Assembly (NCBI GenBank): GCA_024695105.1
Contig: JAILIV010000046.1
Coordinates: 1 to 51,397 of the forward strand
Reading direction: 5' to 3'
DNA from: Bacilli bacterium
Lineage (GTDB): Bacteria > Bacillota_I > Bacilli_A > RFN20 > CAG-826
Length of the DNA: 51,397 nt
Positions within the stretch are counted from its first letter, which is position 1. Each line of letters begins with the position of its first letter. The position numbers were made by a program, and so were the translations under genes. Of this stretch, positions 1 to 9,305 are shown one piece after another. Under the pieces are notes generated by a model. It had not been told where the DNA came from and did no database searches. It worked only from the letters and a program-made list of their open reading frames with translations.

Positions 1-1306
1 TGCCTTCGTCCTCAAAGCGTTCTTGGGCGACCAAGCCCCAACGGCGTTTCCGCATCGCGTCGCCGATGGCCTTGTGGATCTTCTCCTGCGCGTGGCGGCG
101 ATCCAAAAGCTCGCCTTTTTGCTCCACCAGCAAGGTTTCGGAGGCGATGGAGGCGCTAGGATCGGAAGCGGAGAACTTGTATTCGGGAACCCCTTGGCCA
201 AGTTCCGCCATAAGGGAGGCCAGGGCGAGATGGATCGTGTCGTACTCGGCCTTCTTCTCCAATAGTTCGCGGTTATCCGCAAGGCAATCCTTGTAACGGG
301 ATTCGATAAGGGGGAGAAGCTCATCCATATAACGGATTTTCTCCGACACGTGCACGTCTTCTTGCAGTTTTTCCCGAACCGCGCGGATATACTCATGCAT
401 CTCTTCGTAGGCTTCCGAAGAAGCGATTTCGATGGAACGGGCTTGGATGGAGAAGCCGATGACCTTGGTGCGGAGCCGCTCCAGCTCGAGCTCAGCCTCG
501 TCGGGCTTTTCCTGGCTTTGCATGATTTCCAGCAAATCGGATTCGAACACGCCAAGATAGGGATCCTCGATGTGGGTTTGCAACATGAGGACTTCCTTCT
601 TGCAGGGTTCTAACGCCTGGGCGTCTTTGGCTTCTTGCTCCAGCCGCTTGCCGATGTCGGAAATGATTTCCATGGCTTTGGGGTCGATGTCCCCAAGGCC
701 CTTCTTCTTTTTGAGGTTCTCGTGAAGCTCATCGCGGAGTTTCTCGACGCGTTGATGCTCTTTCTCCGTGTCCATGCCTTCCTGTTCCATTTGATAGAGC
801 AGGCTATCGATCTTGTCCAAATGGAAGCAGACCGAGGACAGGTCGGCCAAATCGCCAAGGCTCGCCTTCTGCAAGTCTTCCTTGGCCACCCCAAGGGTCT
901 GCGTGGAAATGGAGGCGAGCAGGCGCTTTTGCGCGTCTTGCTTACGCTGCTCGTCCATGTTCTCTAGCTGTTCGCGCAGCTGGTCGTAAGCTTTCTTCGC
1001 CTTGTTGGCTTGGGCCATCGATAGGTCGCGCAACTCATCGGCGCAATCCCCAATGGCGTCACGTACCGCGTCTTTTGCCATGATGGCGGCCCGCCCACAA
1101 TCTTTCATGGCTTGCAAAGCGCCCGTGGCGGCGCCCACCATGCTCGCGGCGGCACCGGCCACTCCAGCTGCTGCGGCCCCTACCCCTGCGGCGGCTACGC
1201 CAACGGCGGTTGCCGCGCCGAGTGCGGCTCCTGCCACGGCGATGGCGGCGGGTGCGGCGACAACCGCGCCTGCGATGCCGAGTGCTACTTCTCCTTCTCC
1301 GGACAT
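1..1306 (-). CDS. Hypothetical protein, partial (runs off window): Gly/Ala-rich hydrophobic N-terminus then long coiled-coil
   Basis: Absent from the ORF track because it has no stop in the window. ATG at 1306 with RBS AGGAGG. Reads MSGEGEVALGIAGAVVAAPAAIAVAGAALGAATAVGVAAAGVGAAAAGVAGAAASMVGAATG, then charged helical sequence. Starts 15 nt after the kinase stop. Confidence 0.8.
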   Translation of the reverse strand, partial: MSGEGEVALGIAGAVVAAPAAIAVAGAALGAATAVGVAAAGVGAAAAGVAGAAASMVGAATGALQAMKDCGRAAIMAKDAVRDAIGDCADELRDLSMAQANKAKKAYDQLREQLENMDEQRKQDAQKRLLASISTQTLGVAKEDLQKASLGDLADLSSVCFHLDKIDSLLYQMEQEGMDTEKEHQRVEKLRDELHENLKKKKGLGDIDPKAMEIISDIGKRLEQEAKDAQALEPCKKEVLMLQTHIEDPYLGVFESDLLEIMQSQEKPDEAELELERLRTKVIGFSIQARSIEIASSEAYEEMHEYIRAVREKLQEDVHVSEKIRYMDELLPLIESRYKDCLADNRELLEKKAEYDTIHLALASLMAELGQGVPEYKFSASDPSASIASETLLVEQKGELLDRRHAQEKIHKAIGDAMRKRRWGLVAQERFEDEG

Positions 1307-1321
1307 ATCTATTCCTCCTGA

Positions 1322-3427
1322 TTATGCGATGTTGGTAAAGCGCCCCGCCCACAGTTTGAAGACGGGGTCTTTCAAGGCCTTGGCAAATGCCTGCTCGGTA
1401 TTAGATTGGGCCAAAGCCTTCTTCGCAAATTCGTCGATGCTCGCGCAGCCTTGGTATAGCGGCACTTTCTCCGTCATGCAATAGACGACGGCGGGGCGAA
1501 GCGCGATGGAAGATTCCTTACGCACGGCTGCCTCCAATGCGGCGTTATTCCCGCCTTCAAGCGAAAGCAAGAAGAAGAACGTACCACCTTCTTCGTATAA
1601 GGCTTCTAGTCCCTTCTCCCCCTTCGCGTAGGCCTCGTTTTGGGCCAGTACGAACTCCGCGACGTTATGGACGGTTTTTGATCCGACACGCGCCTCGGCG
1701 TGGCCAAGCAAGACGAAGCTCAGACGCTGCAAGAAGCGCGCGTCGTTTTCCTTCATCGCCTCGCGGTACACCTTTTTGCATAGTTCCTCCGACAGTTTCC
1801 CTTGCTTCATGAAAATGGCTTGAAGATAAGGGGCGCGGGAAGAAAGGTAGCTCGGCGCGGGGACGAGGGCGGAAAGCCCATCCAAATAATCCTTTAGGCC
1901 CATGGGGCGAAGACGGAGGTAGAACACGTCCGCGTTGCGGAAATAATTGAGCACCACGTCGGCCCACTCCTCATCGTTGCATTTCGGGAAGCCCTTCTTT
2001 AGATGGTCGAGTTCCTTCACCAATCCGTCGTTTCCTTCGGATTTGGCATACATCGTCAAAATCTCATAACGGAACATCGCGGGCATCAATGGGAAATCGG
2101 GATGAGCATATATATGCTCAAAGAACGCTTTAACCGATGGGAAAAGCGTGCCAAACGCAGATAGACCCATCGAAGGGTCTAAGGCATGAAGCAACCGCGT
2201 CACGCGGTTATACAACGGCTCATGGGAGGAAAGGATCACCCGCACTTCCGCAGCGGTGGATTGTAGGCCCGAATCCAATAGGTGTTGCACCAGCAAACGT
2301 TCTTTGCTGGGCGCGGGGGCGCTTGCGGAAAGCACCACTTCCAAGCCATTCCAATCCGAATTCAGGAGCGAGGCCAAGTCCTTTAACGTGGTCACGTGCT
2401 TGCCCTTATACTCGAACGAGCGGATTTTGGGGTTGTTCTCGGCAAAGCGCGCGTCGGTGGCGTTGCCACGGAACGGGGCGGGGTCTTTTAGCCAGGAGGC
2501 AACCGCCGCGTAATCGGCGCGGTCTTTGGCTTTGGTGCGTGTGAGCACGGTGATGAGGTCGCGGATATCCGAATCGATGTCGGTAGGCAGAATAAGCTCC
2601 CCTTCCGCGCGAAGCTCGGCGATCGCGGCGGTGTCGAGCACGTCGAAGTACTCATCGCTGCCATGGGAAATGTAACGGAGGGTCATGCCAAAGGAGAACA
2701 TGTCCGACTCCTTCATGATGATGGAAGGGACGTTGGTGCATTCCGGAGCCGCGTATTTGGGGGTCATGCGGCGATCGTTTTTGATGTTTTTGCGCCCGTC
2801 GAGGAAGCGGGCGATGTCGTAATCGCCTAAGACGATATGGCGGCCATCATCGGTCATATAGACGTTTTGGGGCTTCACGTCGCCGTGGATGAGGTCGGCT
2901 TCGTGCAGGGCGTGCAATGCTTCGTTAAGCTCCTCGATAACCGTTTTAAGCATGGGCTCTGAAGGGCCGCGGTGCTTTTCCAAACTCCCATGCCGATAGA
3001 AGGGGGCGATTTCGTAATAACGTCCATCGGAAGTCGTGCCATCCGCAAGGATAGGCATCAAATACGGGCAATTGATTTTCTTTAAGGCCTCGCGCACTTT
3101 CCTCTCCGCGCCCATAAAGCCAGGGAAGAAGACTTTGGCGACATAACGCTTGTCTTGTTTCTTCACCCCATAAAGCTGGGCTTGGCCGCTGGGGGTGCGC
3201 GTCACCAAGGTCCGCACGATCTCATAGCCATCGCCCAAAACGGTCCCTGCGGGGTATTCTTCCGCGATCCCGAGGGCCTCAGGCTGCCCCAAAAGCGCCT
3301 CATCCCCCGTAGGCTCCACCACCGTCGCCCCCGTTTCTAGAAGCGTGGCGTCGGTTTCGACTCGGGTGGCGTCGGTTTCGACTTGGGTGGCTTGCCCAAG
3401 ATAAAGGTCTTTGTTTTCTTCGGGCAT
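1322..3427 (-). CDS. Hanks-type Ser/Thr protein kinase with long C-terminal helical-repeat region
   Basis: Motifs VAKV, IHGDVKPQNV, LGDYD (DFG position), TPKYAAPE, SDMFSFG. Start moved to ATG 3427 (GGAGG upstream, 1 nt after the upstream TGA). Confidence 0.9.
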   Translation of the reverse strand: MPEENKDLYLGQATQVETDATRVETDATLLETGATVVEPTGDEALLGQPEALGIAEEYPAGTVLGDGYEIVRTLVTRTPSGQAQLYGVKKQDKRYVAKVFFPGFMGAERKVREALKKINCPYLMPILADGTTSDGRYYEIAPFYRHGSLEKHRGPSEPMLKTVIEELNEALHALHEADLIHGDVKPQNVYMTDDGRHIVLGDYDIARFLDGRKNIKNDRRMTPKYAAPECTNVPSIIMKESDMFSFGMTLRYISHGSDEYFDVLDTAAIAELRAEGELILPTDIDSDIRDLITVLTRTKAKDRADYAAVASWLKDPAPFRGNATDARFAENNPKIRSFEYKGKHVTTLKDLASLLNSDWNGLEVVLSASAPAPSKERLLVQHLLDSGLQSTAAEVRVILSSHEPLYNRVTRLLHALDPSMGLSAFGTLFPSVKAFFEHIYAHPDFPLMPAMFRYEILTMYAKSEGNDGLVKELDHLKKGFPKCNDEEWADVVLNYFRNADVFYLRLRPMGLKDYLDGLSALVPAPSYLSSRAPYLQAIFMKQGKLSEELCKKVYREAMKENDARFLQRLSFVLLGHAEARVGSKTVHNVAEFVLAQNEAYAKGEKGLEALYEEGGTFFFLLSLEGGNNAALEAAVRKESSIALRPAVVYCMTEKVPLYQGCASIDEFAKKALAQSNTEQAFAKALKDPVFKLWAGRFTNIA
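3345..3391. repeat. 21-bp tandem repeat (about 2.2 copies) encoding VETDAT[R/L] in the kinase N-terminus
   Basis: GTGGCGTCGGTTTCGACT(C/T)GG at 3345-3365 and 3366-3386, partial copy at 3387-3391. Confidence 0.85.
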
Positions 3428-3428
3428 G

Positions 3429-5363
3429 TCAGAAGTCCTCCATGACGTAGCTAAGCCAATGCGCCCCATAGCAAATGGCGAACACGAACACCTCGCCATA
3501 GATGGCTAGCCCAATGAGGTGGCCACCATGGCAGTTGAGCATCATCATGGTCACCATCGGGAAGGCCAAAGCCATAAATAACGTGGTGTAAGGGAACATC
3601 ACCTCGCCACGGGCCCAACCAAACATCGGGATGGGCTTTTTGCCATTGTTCCGGCAGAACAGGAACGGGAAGAGGAAAAACGGCACCATGGCGATTAAGG
3701 AAAGGGCGATGGTTTGCCCATCCAAGATCCCCGCGTAATACCCAGGGAAGCCCGTCGACAGCACCAAGAACACCAAATAGGCGTCCACGGTCGTCCAGAA
3801 GAAACGCGTGGTCAGCGAGGGAGATCGGAAACGGTTCTCGGGGTCGACCAAATCCGAAATGCCACCGCGAAGGAAACCAAGTAGCACAGAAGAGCCGCCT
3901 AGGAATAGCAGCACGTAAATAATCTGAAGGGTGATATGCCCCCATAAGGCAAAGGAGAACGGCGCGGTGCCTTCGTATACCTCGGGCCACAGATAGAACC
4001 AGCTACGGGTCCACTTTTGCATAAGCAACGCCACGGCGAAGAGGACCATCGGGACGAGGATATGAGTCAAAGTCTCCCATAGGAAACGGGTAAAATAGGC
4101 GCCAAACGGCATTTTCTGTTTGAGGAAGCGGTCCGCGGAAGGCTTGGCCAAATACCCATAGCCAAACAGGCTAAGCCCCACGGCGGCGTAAAGAAGAAGC
4201 GCCCATGGGTTCCACGAACTTACCCCCGTGGCCTCGTCAACAAGCGAAAAGCTCTGGGGGACGTAGGACATAAGCAGGAGGCCCGCCAAAACCTCCAAGA
4301 GCAAAAAGGCGTAGTACGTGCGCTTCCTTTCCTGCAGGAAAAATTGGAACAAGAAACCGACGAGGCAGACGATGCCCCATTGGAGCACCCCCCACCAATA
4401 AGAACCCTCGAACCGGAAATAGCATAGCGGGGCGGCGAAGACCATAACGACACGGAGAACGCCAGAGGCGATCAAGGATAGGCCTTTGACGGCGTTATAG
4501 TCCGGATGGTCGCGGAATAGTTTGGTGGGCAAAACGTCGGTGACGATGCGGATCGTAAGGGCGGCCAAAACATAGGAGAGGAGCATGAAGAAGGGCACCC
4601 AGCCCGTCGCATAGGCCCCTTCCGTCCACCCAGGGATCAAAGGCAACAAAAACCCTAGCCCGAAAGAAAGCACGCACGCCACGCCCAAAAGGATGAGTCC
4701 CGGCAAAATGCCCAAGATGAAGAAGCGTCTCCATTTCTCCTTTTGGGTGGCGCGCAAGGCATCGGCTTGCTCCTTGGCCTCAATCGCGTCTTCCTTGGTT
4801 TGAAGCGCCTTTTGGGAATAGGCGTACCGCGGCGGGTATTTCCCCACTTCCTTCACGTCGTCCACGTCATAGGAAACCTTGGGATCCACGACTTCGAACG
4901 GACTGGCGTATTGGGGCAACGAAGCGACCGCGTTGGGGATGCTGGGGCAAGAAGAGAACGCGGCGAGGAAGGAACGGGCCTTGTCCTCGGTGCTTAAGTC
5001 GATTCTCCCTTTTACGAAGTATTTGCTTTCTTTAAGCAAGGCGGAGTAGTCCTTGGGATGGGCGGAGTCTTTCCGCGCCTTGTCCATGGCCTCATACACC
5101 TTTTCGTAGGCTTCGCTATAGGAAGCCATCTCTTCCGGGGTTTTCGACTTGAAGACGTTGGGGGGCATCACCTGCACCGAAGCGTCGCGTATGCCGGGCA
5201 TCTGACGGAAGGCGGCGACGAGGTTCTCGCCCCGCTGCTGGGCCACCGCCTTTTGCAAGGCGTCTTTGGTGGACGGGGAAACCACCTTGCCGAAAAGGGT
5301 AAGGAACTTCTCGGTCGCCTCGCTTCCTTGGGAGGCTATTTTCTCGTATTTGGGATCCATCAT
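3429..5363 (-). CDS. Polytopic membrane protein (about 210-aa soluble N-terminus, roughly 12 hydrophobic segments), function unknown
   Basis: 644-aa ORF; ATGA overlap with the PP2C stop; successive hydrophobic stretches from FFILGILPGLILLGVA to the C-terminus. Confidence 0.8.
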   Translation of the reverse strand: MMDPKYEKIASQGSEATEKFLTLFGKVVSPSTKDALQKAVAQQRGENLVAAFRQMPGIRDASVQVMPPNVFKSKTPEEMASYSEAYEKVYEAMDKARKDSAHPKDYSALLKESKYFVKGRIDLSTEDKARSFLAAFSSCPSIPNAVASLPQYASPFEVVDPKVSYDVDDVKEVGKYPPRYAYSQKALQTKEDAIEAKEQADALRATQKEKWRRFFILGILPGLILLGVACVLSFGLGFLLPLIPGWTEGAYATGWVPFFMLLSYVLAALTIRIVTDVLPTKLFRDHPDYNAVKGLSLIASGVLRVVMVFAAPLCYFRFEGSYWWGVLQWGIVCLVGFLFQFFLQERKRTYYAFLLLEVLAGLLLMSYVPQSFSLVDEATGVSSWNPWALLLYAAVGLSLFGYGYLAKPSADRFLKQKMPFGAYFTRFLWETLTHILVPMVLFAVALLMQKWTRSWFYLWPEVYEGTAPFSFALWGHITLQIIYVLLFLGGSSVLLGFLRGGISDLVDPENRFRSPSLTTRFFWTTVDAYLVFLVLSTGFPGYYAGILDGQTIALSLIAMVPFFLFPFLFCRNNGKKPIPMFGWARGEVMFPYTTLFMALAFPMVTMMMLNCHGGHLIGLAIYGEVFVFAICYGAHWLSYVMEDF

Positions 5364-6067
5364 AGTTCACACAAGGCCAAGGTATAGTTATCCAAAGATA
5401 CCCTCCGCCCCACTTCCTCGACGATATGGTCGAATTGCTCCTTCCCGTCCATGCTCTGCCTCAAGATATCCTCCAAATCAAGGAAGGGGATGGTGGAGGT
5501 GATGCCATCGCTGGTGATGAGAACCACGTCCCCGGGAACCAGATCCGCCTTTTGGATATGAAAATCTCCCCGAAGCAATCCAGGCTGTCCGAGGCAATAG
5601 GTGATAAACCCATGCACGTCCAACCCATATTCGTAAACGTTTGGGGTCGTGGAGTCGTCCATGGACACCTGTCTTAGATGGCCATGGGAATAAAGTAAGG
5701 ATATGGAATCGCCAAGGTTAAAAAAGTAATACCCGTCGTTCAAACGGGCGATGCCCACCAAGGTGGAGAAAGGGCCTTTTTCGGCAGGGCCTTGTTGTTG
5801 CCCCGCCACGTCCAAATGCGCCTGCATTAACGCGGAGCGGAGCGCCTCCTCGTCCATATCGGAACGGAACGCCTTGGCTAACGAATAGGCGCCGACGGAG
5901 GAGGCGACTTCCCCGCGTGGGGATCCCCCTACCCCGTCCAGCACCGCGACGAACTCCACGTCCTGCCGGGAAAGGTTGGCTTCGTTAAGGAAAACCTCCC
6001 CTCCCACGACGAGGGCGTCTTCGTTGTTGGGGCGTTGCCCTATGGCGGTCATCGCATGGACGGTCAT
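5360..6067 (-). CDS. PP2C/PPM-family Ser/Thr phosphatase
   Basis: Motifs GQRPNNED, VAVLDGVGG, NLGDS, ITSDG, DNYT; TAATG overlap with the ATPase stop. Confidence 0.9.
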   Translation of the reverse strand: MTVHAMTAIGQRPNNEDALVVGGEVFLNEANLSRQDVEFVAVLDGVGGSPRGEVASSVGAYSLAKAFRSDMDEEALRSALMQAHLDVAGQQQGPAEKGPFSTLVGIARLNDGYYFFNLGDSISLLYSHGHLRQVSMDDSTTPNVYEYGLDVHGFITYCLGQPGLLRGDFHIQKADLVPGDVVLITSDGITSTIPFLDLEDILRQSMDGKEQFDHIVEEVGRRVSLDNYTLALCEL

Positions 6068-8091
6068 TATTCTAGGATCAACGTTCCTCGGCTATCTTCG
6101 ATCTTGATGTCTTCAATCTGTAGCGAAGACACCTCGCGTCCCGCCAAAAGCTCGGCGGCCACGTGGGCGGAGATGGGGTTCAAAACGAATTTCTCGATGA
6201 CGTTGCCCACGCCGCGGCCACCATCGGCCAAATGCTTCGCGATTTCCACGCGCAGACTTTGCTTCGCCTTATCGCCAAAACTGATTTCGATGTGACGGTC
6301 TTGCCCAGCGGCGTTGGAGATAATGCCGTCAAGCTGCTTCTCCATAATCTCGTAGGCGGTTTTCTCGTCGATGTATTCGAAGACGATGAAGTTCTCGCCG
6401 ATGCGGTTTTTGATTTCCTTGCGCCCTAGTTCGTGGTCGAAATGGTAATCCACGCGGGCCAACACTTCGTCCCGGTAGGCGTCGTAGGTATGCTCGGGGT
6501 CGGGATGGACGACCCAATCTTCGTACTTCAAATCGTATTTCTTTTCGGAAACGATCGCGGATTTGCCGCTGAAACCGATGTTGGAGGTGAAGATGATCAA
6601 CGTGTCGGAGAAGAATACCGTGTCTCCATGGCTGTCGGTCAAACGGCCATCCTCCAAAATTTGGAGGAACTTATCCATGATGTTGGGATGGGCCTTCTCG
6701 ATTTCGTCGAAGAGAAGAATGGAAAAGGGATGTTGCTTCACCGCATTGGTGAGCTCGCCGCCTTCCTCATAACCGATATAGCCCGGGGCGGCCCCTAATA
6801 GCCTTTGGTCGGAGGCTGGGTCGCGGAACTCCGACATATCGAAGCGGATTAAGGCCTCCTCGGTGCCGAAGAGCCATTCCGCCAACGTCTTCGCCAGCTC
6901 GGTTTTGCCTACGCCCGTAGGACCTGCGAGGAACATGACGCCACGCGGCTTGTTGGAAGAGGAGGAATGCTGCAAGCCCGAGAAGCCCAAGACGGAACGC
7001 TTGATGATGTCTTCGGCCTGAAGGACGGCATGGTTTTGCCCTTTGACCCTCTTGCGTATATCTTTGTCCAATGAACCAAGGCGGTTCACGGGATCGACCT
7101 CGGACTCATTCGCGGTCCAGGGATTCTTCACCACGCCGAACTTAAACCGGTGGATGGCTTGTTCCATCGAGGAAAGGCCGTAGCCATCCTCTTTGTCCTC
7201 GATGATGTTGCAAATGCTTTCGATGTCGCAGTTCTTCAATCCTTCGGTGAGGCTGGAGAAGCGGTTCTTCATCTTCTTCCACTCCTCGGGGTCCATCTTG
7301 GCGACTTCCGGAGATTGCTCGAAACGCTGCTCGAAATAGGCCGCGCGGAAGGCTTTCTCCGGCTCAGCGATGACAAGCGACTTGATGCGTTGGTTGCCCA
7401 CGTAAAACCACGCGGGGATGTCGTTGGCCTTGTCCACGACGAGAATGACGACATTGGGCAAGAAGGTTTGGTTGCCCGATTCGTCCTTTTGGGCGCCAGG
7501 GCCCTTCTCCCCATCTTTCACCGCGAGGAAAAGCTCCGAATAGAAATACTCTTCTTGGTCGGAAAGGTGGTCGGGACGGGTCGTATAGCGGGAAGCCAAT
7601 TCCATGACGAAGGCCACCGCGCCTTGGGTGTTGCGCATCGAGCGGCGGATGATCTCGGTCGCCCCGCCGAACTTGGATTGGCCACGGTCATATCCGGCGT
7701 TGACGGTGAACAAGGAAGCGAAGGTCCCAGGGCCGATTTGGGTGGTTTGCTGGGGCTCGACTTGGCCCATGCCCGTCGTGCCGACCCCTTCGGCTTGGCC
7801 GATGCCTTGGTCGTTGTCCATCACGTCCTTGTTGAAACGCTTGAATTCTTTCTCGAAGTCCGGGTCGAAGCGGTTATAGAAGCCATCCACTTGGTTGAAG
7901 AAGACCACGGAATGATAACCATACCCGCGCAGCTTCTCGTAAAGGATTTGGTCGACGCCATAAAGGCGGGCGTCTTCTTCCCCCTCTAGCGGGTGGAGGT
8001 CGGAAATATCCCCCTCGAGGATGATGCCGGATTTGTGGCGGATGAAAAAATCCAAATCCTGCTGCCATTTCGGTGCTTCCAGTTTCGCCAT
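6067..8091 (-). CDS. ClpA/ClpB-like AAA+ ATPase with only the second (NBD2-type) module intact
   Basis: C-terminal half has VKGQNHAV, FLAGPTGVGKTELAK, IRFDMSEF, LLFDEIEKAHP, IIFTSN, GGRG. N-terminal half has no Walker A lysine and no Clp-N repeats. RBS AGGAGAG. Confidence 0.85.
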   Translation of the reverse strand: MAKLEAPKWQQDLDFFIRHKSGIILEGDISDLHPLEGEEDARLYGVDQILYEKLRGYGYHSVVFFNQVDGFYNRFDPDFEKEFKRFNKDVMDNDQGIGQAEGVGTTGMGQVEPQQTTQIGPGTFASLFTVNAGYDRGQSKFGGATEIIRRSMRNTQGAVAFVMELASRYTTRPDHLSDQEEYFYSELFLAVKDGEKGPGAQKDESGNQTFLPNVVILVVDKANDIPAWFYVGNQRIKSLVIAEPEKAFRAAYFEQRFEQSPEVAKMDPEEWKKMKNRFSSLTEGLKNCDIESICNIIEDKEDGYGLSSMEQAIHRFKFGVVKNPWTANESEVDPVNRLGSLDKDIRKRVKGQNHAVLQAEDIIKRSVLGFSGLQHSSSSNKPRGVMFLAGPTGVGKTELAKTLAEWLFGTEEALIRFDMSEFRDPASDQRLLGAAPGYIGYEEGGELTNAVKQHPFSILLFDEIEKAHPNIMDKFLQILEDGRLTDSHGDTVFFSDTLIIFTSNIGFSGKSAIVSEKKYDLKYEDWVVHPDPEHTYDAYRDEVLARVDYHFDHELGRKEIKNRIGENFIVFEYIDEKTAYEIMEKQLDGIISNAAGQDRHIEISFGDKAKQSLRVEIAKHLADGGRGVGNVIEKFVLNPISAHVAAELLAGREVSSLQIEDIKIEDSRGTLILE

Positions 8092-8254
8092 GCTAGCTCT
8101 CCTTGAAACGTTGCTTTCGCTATATCTTTTTAATCCTAAGTCCCCCGCTTTTATTAATCAATAAAAGATAGGGGCGCCCCCGTTTCCGTCGCAAAAAGAC
8201 ATTGGTGACCGGCCTAAGGAAAACCGCTACCCTATAAGACGCGAGGAAGTTGAT

Positions 8255-9151
8255 ATGAAGAAAATGCGTATTCCCCTACTCATCGTCTTAGGCATTGCCA
8301 TATTGGGCATCATCCTAGGGTCCTTTTTGGACTTGCAGATAAGCCAAGCCATCGCGAGCCCGACCAACGGCTTAGCCTTAACCATCAGTGCCGTCTGCCC
8401 CACCATCGGCTTTGGCGGACTAGCCTTGATCGCCGGGGCTTGGGCGGGATTAGGACTGAAAAAGGATTACCCCGTGTGGGCGAGAGTCCTTTTCTGGATC
8501 GCCGGGGCGGCTTGCCTTGGCGCCTCGATAAAATACGCGGGAGGCGAATACTTCGGCGTCAATGGTTTCGCCGGATCCGCACCGGAAATCGTCGGTTACC
8601 TTATCGCCGGGGTCGTGCTTTGCGGCGCGGCGGTAGGTGGCTATTTCCTATTCAAGGACACCACCAACGACAAGGCGTGGATCGTGTTGCTGATCGCCAT
8701 GGCGGTGATGGGACTCGCGCTTTTGCCAGGCGTTTCTGGCCTTAAGGCCATCTTCCACCGTCCGCGGTTCCGCGCCATCTCCGCCCATCCGGAGATCCCC
8801 TTCTTCAACTGGTATCAGCCCAATGGCGACTACCAAGCCCAAATGACGGCCGCCGGCTTAGACAGCGAGGAGTTCAAATCCTTCCCCTCGGGCCACACCT
8901 GCGAGACTTCCATCCTCTTGGTGACGGTCGTCTTCATGCCGCTGATCAATCCCAAACTCGCCAAGCGCCAGACGCTATTCTTCTGTCTCGCCGCAGGCGC
9001 AATCGTCTTGGTCGGCTTTGGGCGCATCCTTGCGGCCGCCCACTTCCTCAGCGACGTCTCCATGGGTGCCTTCCTCATGGTGCTACTCGCCTTCATCGCC
9101 AACGAAGTGGTCATCCGTTTGCCCATCCTCCATCCCGCAGAGGAAGAATAA
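8255..9151 (+). CDS. PAP2-family membrane phosphatase
   Basis: Motifs KAIFHRPR, SFPSGH, GRILAAAHFLSDV; several TM segments. Confidence 0.88.
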   Translation: MKKMRIPLLIVLGIAILGIILGSFLDLQISQAIASPTNGLALTISAVCPTIGFGGLALIAGAWAGLGLKKDYPVWARVLFWIAGAACLGASIKYAGGEYFGVNGFAGSAPEIVGYLIAGVVLCGAAVGGYFLFKDTTNDKAWIVLLIAMAVMGLALLPGVSGLKAIFHRPRFRAISAHPEIPFFNWYQPNGDYQAQMTAAGLDSEEFKSFPSGHTCETSILLVTVVFMPLINPKLAKRQTLFFCLAAGAIVLVGFGRILAAAHFLSDVSMGAFLMVLLAFIANEVVIRLPILHPAEEE

Positions 9152-9160
9152 AGAAAGCAG

Positions 9161-9198
9161 AAAGCGAATGCGGTTGCGCGCGTTCGCTTTTTTCTTTT
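9161..9198 (+). terminator. Intrinsic terminator after the PAP2 gene
   Basis: AAAGCGAATGCG / CGCGTTCGCTTT stem followed by TTTCTTTT. Confidence 0.7.
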
Positions 9199-9305
9199 CG
9201 CCATGGCCCAAACCCTTCAAAAGGTTTTCCGCCAATGGCACAATACTTTTAACATCCGTCCCACCTCCGCGACGCCAAAACAAACAAGGCTAGGCAAGGA
9301 AAACC

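Noticed and set aside
560-660. Possible frameshift in the first gene
   Set aside because: Codon-by-codon reading across this stretch stays open in the frame of ATG 1306 (AQALEPCKKEVLMLQTHIEDPY).
1002-1484. Plus-strand Ala/Pro-rich 160-aa ORF and the overlapping Arg-rich and Cys/Gly-rich ORFs
   Set aside because: Shadows of the Gly/Ala-rich minus-strand gene, which has the RBS and operon context.
6067-8091. Calling this housekeeping clpB or clpC
   Set aside because: No Clp-N domain, first Walker A or middle domain, so no gene symbol was given.
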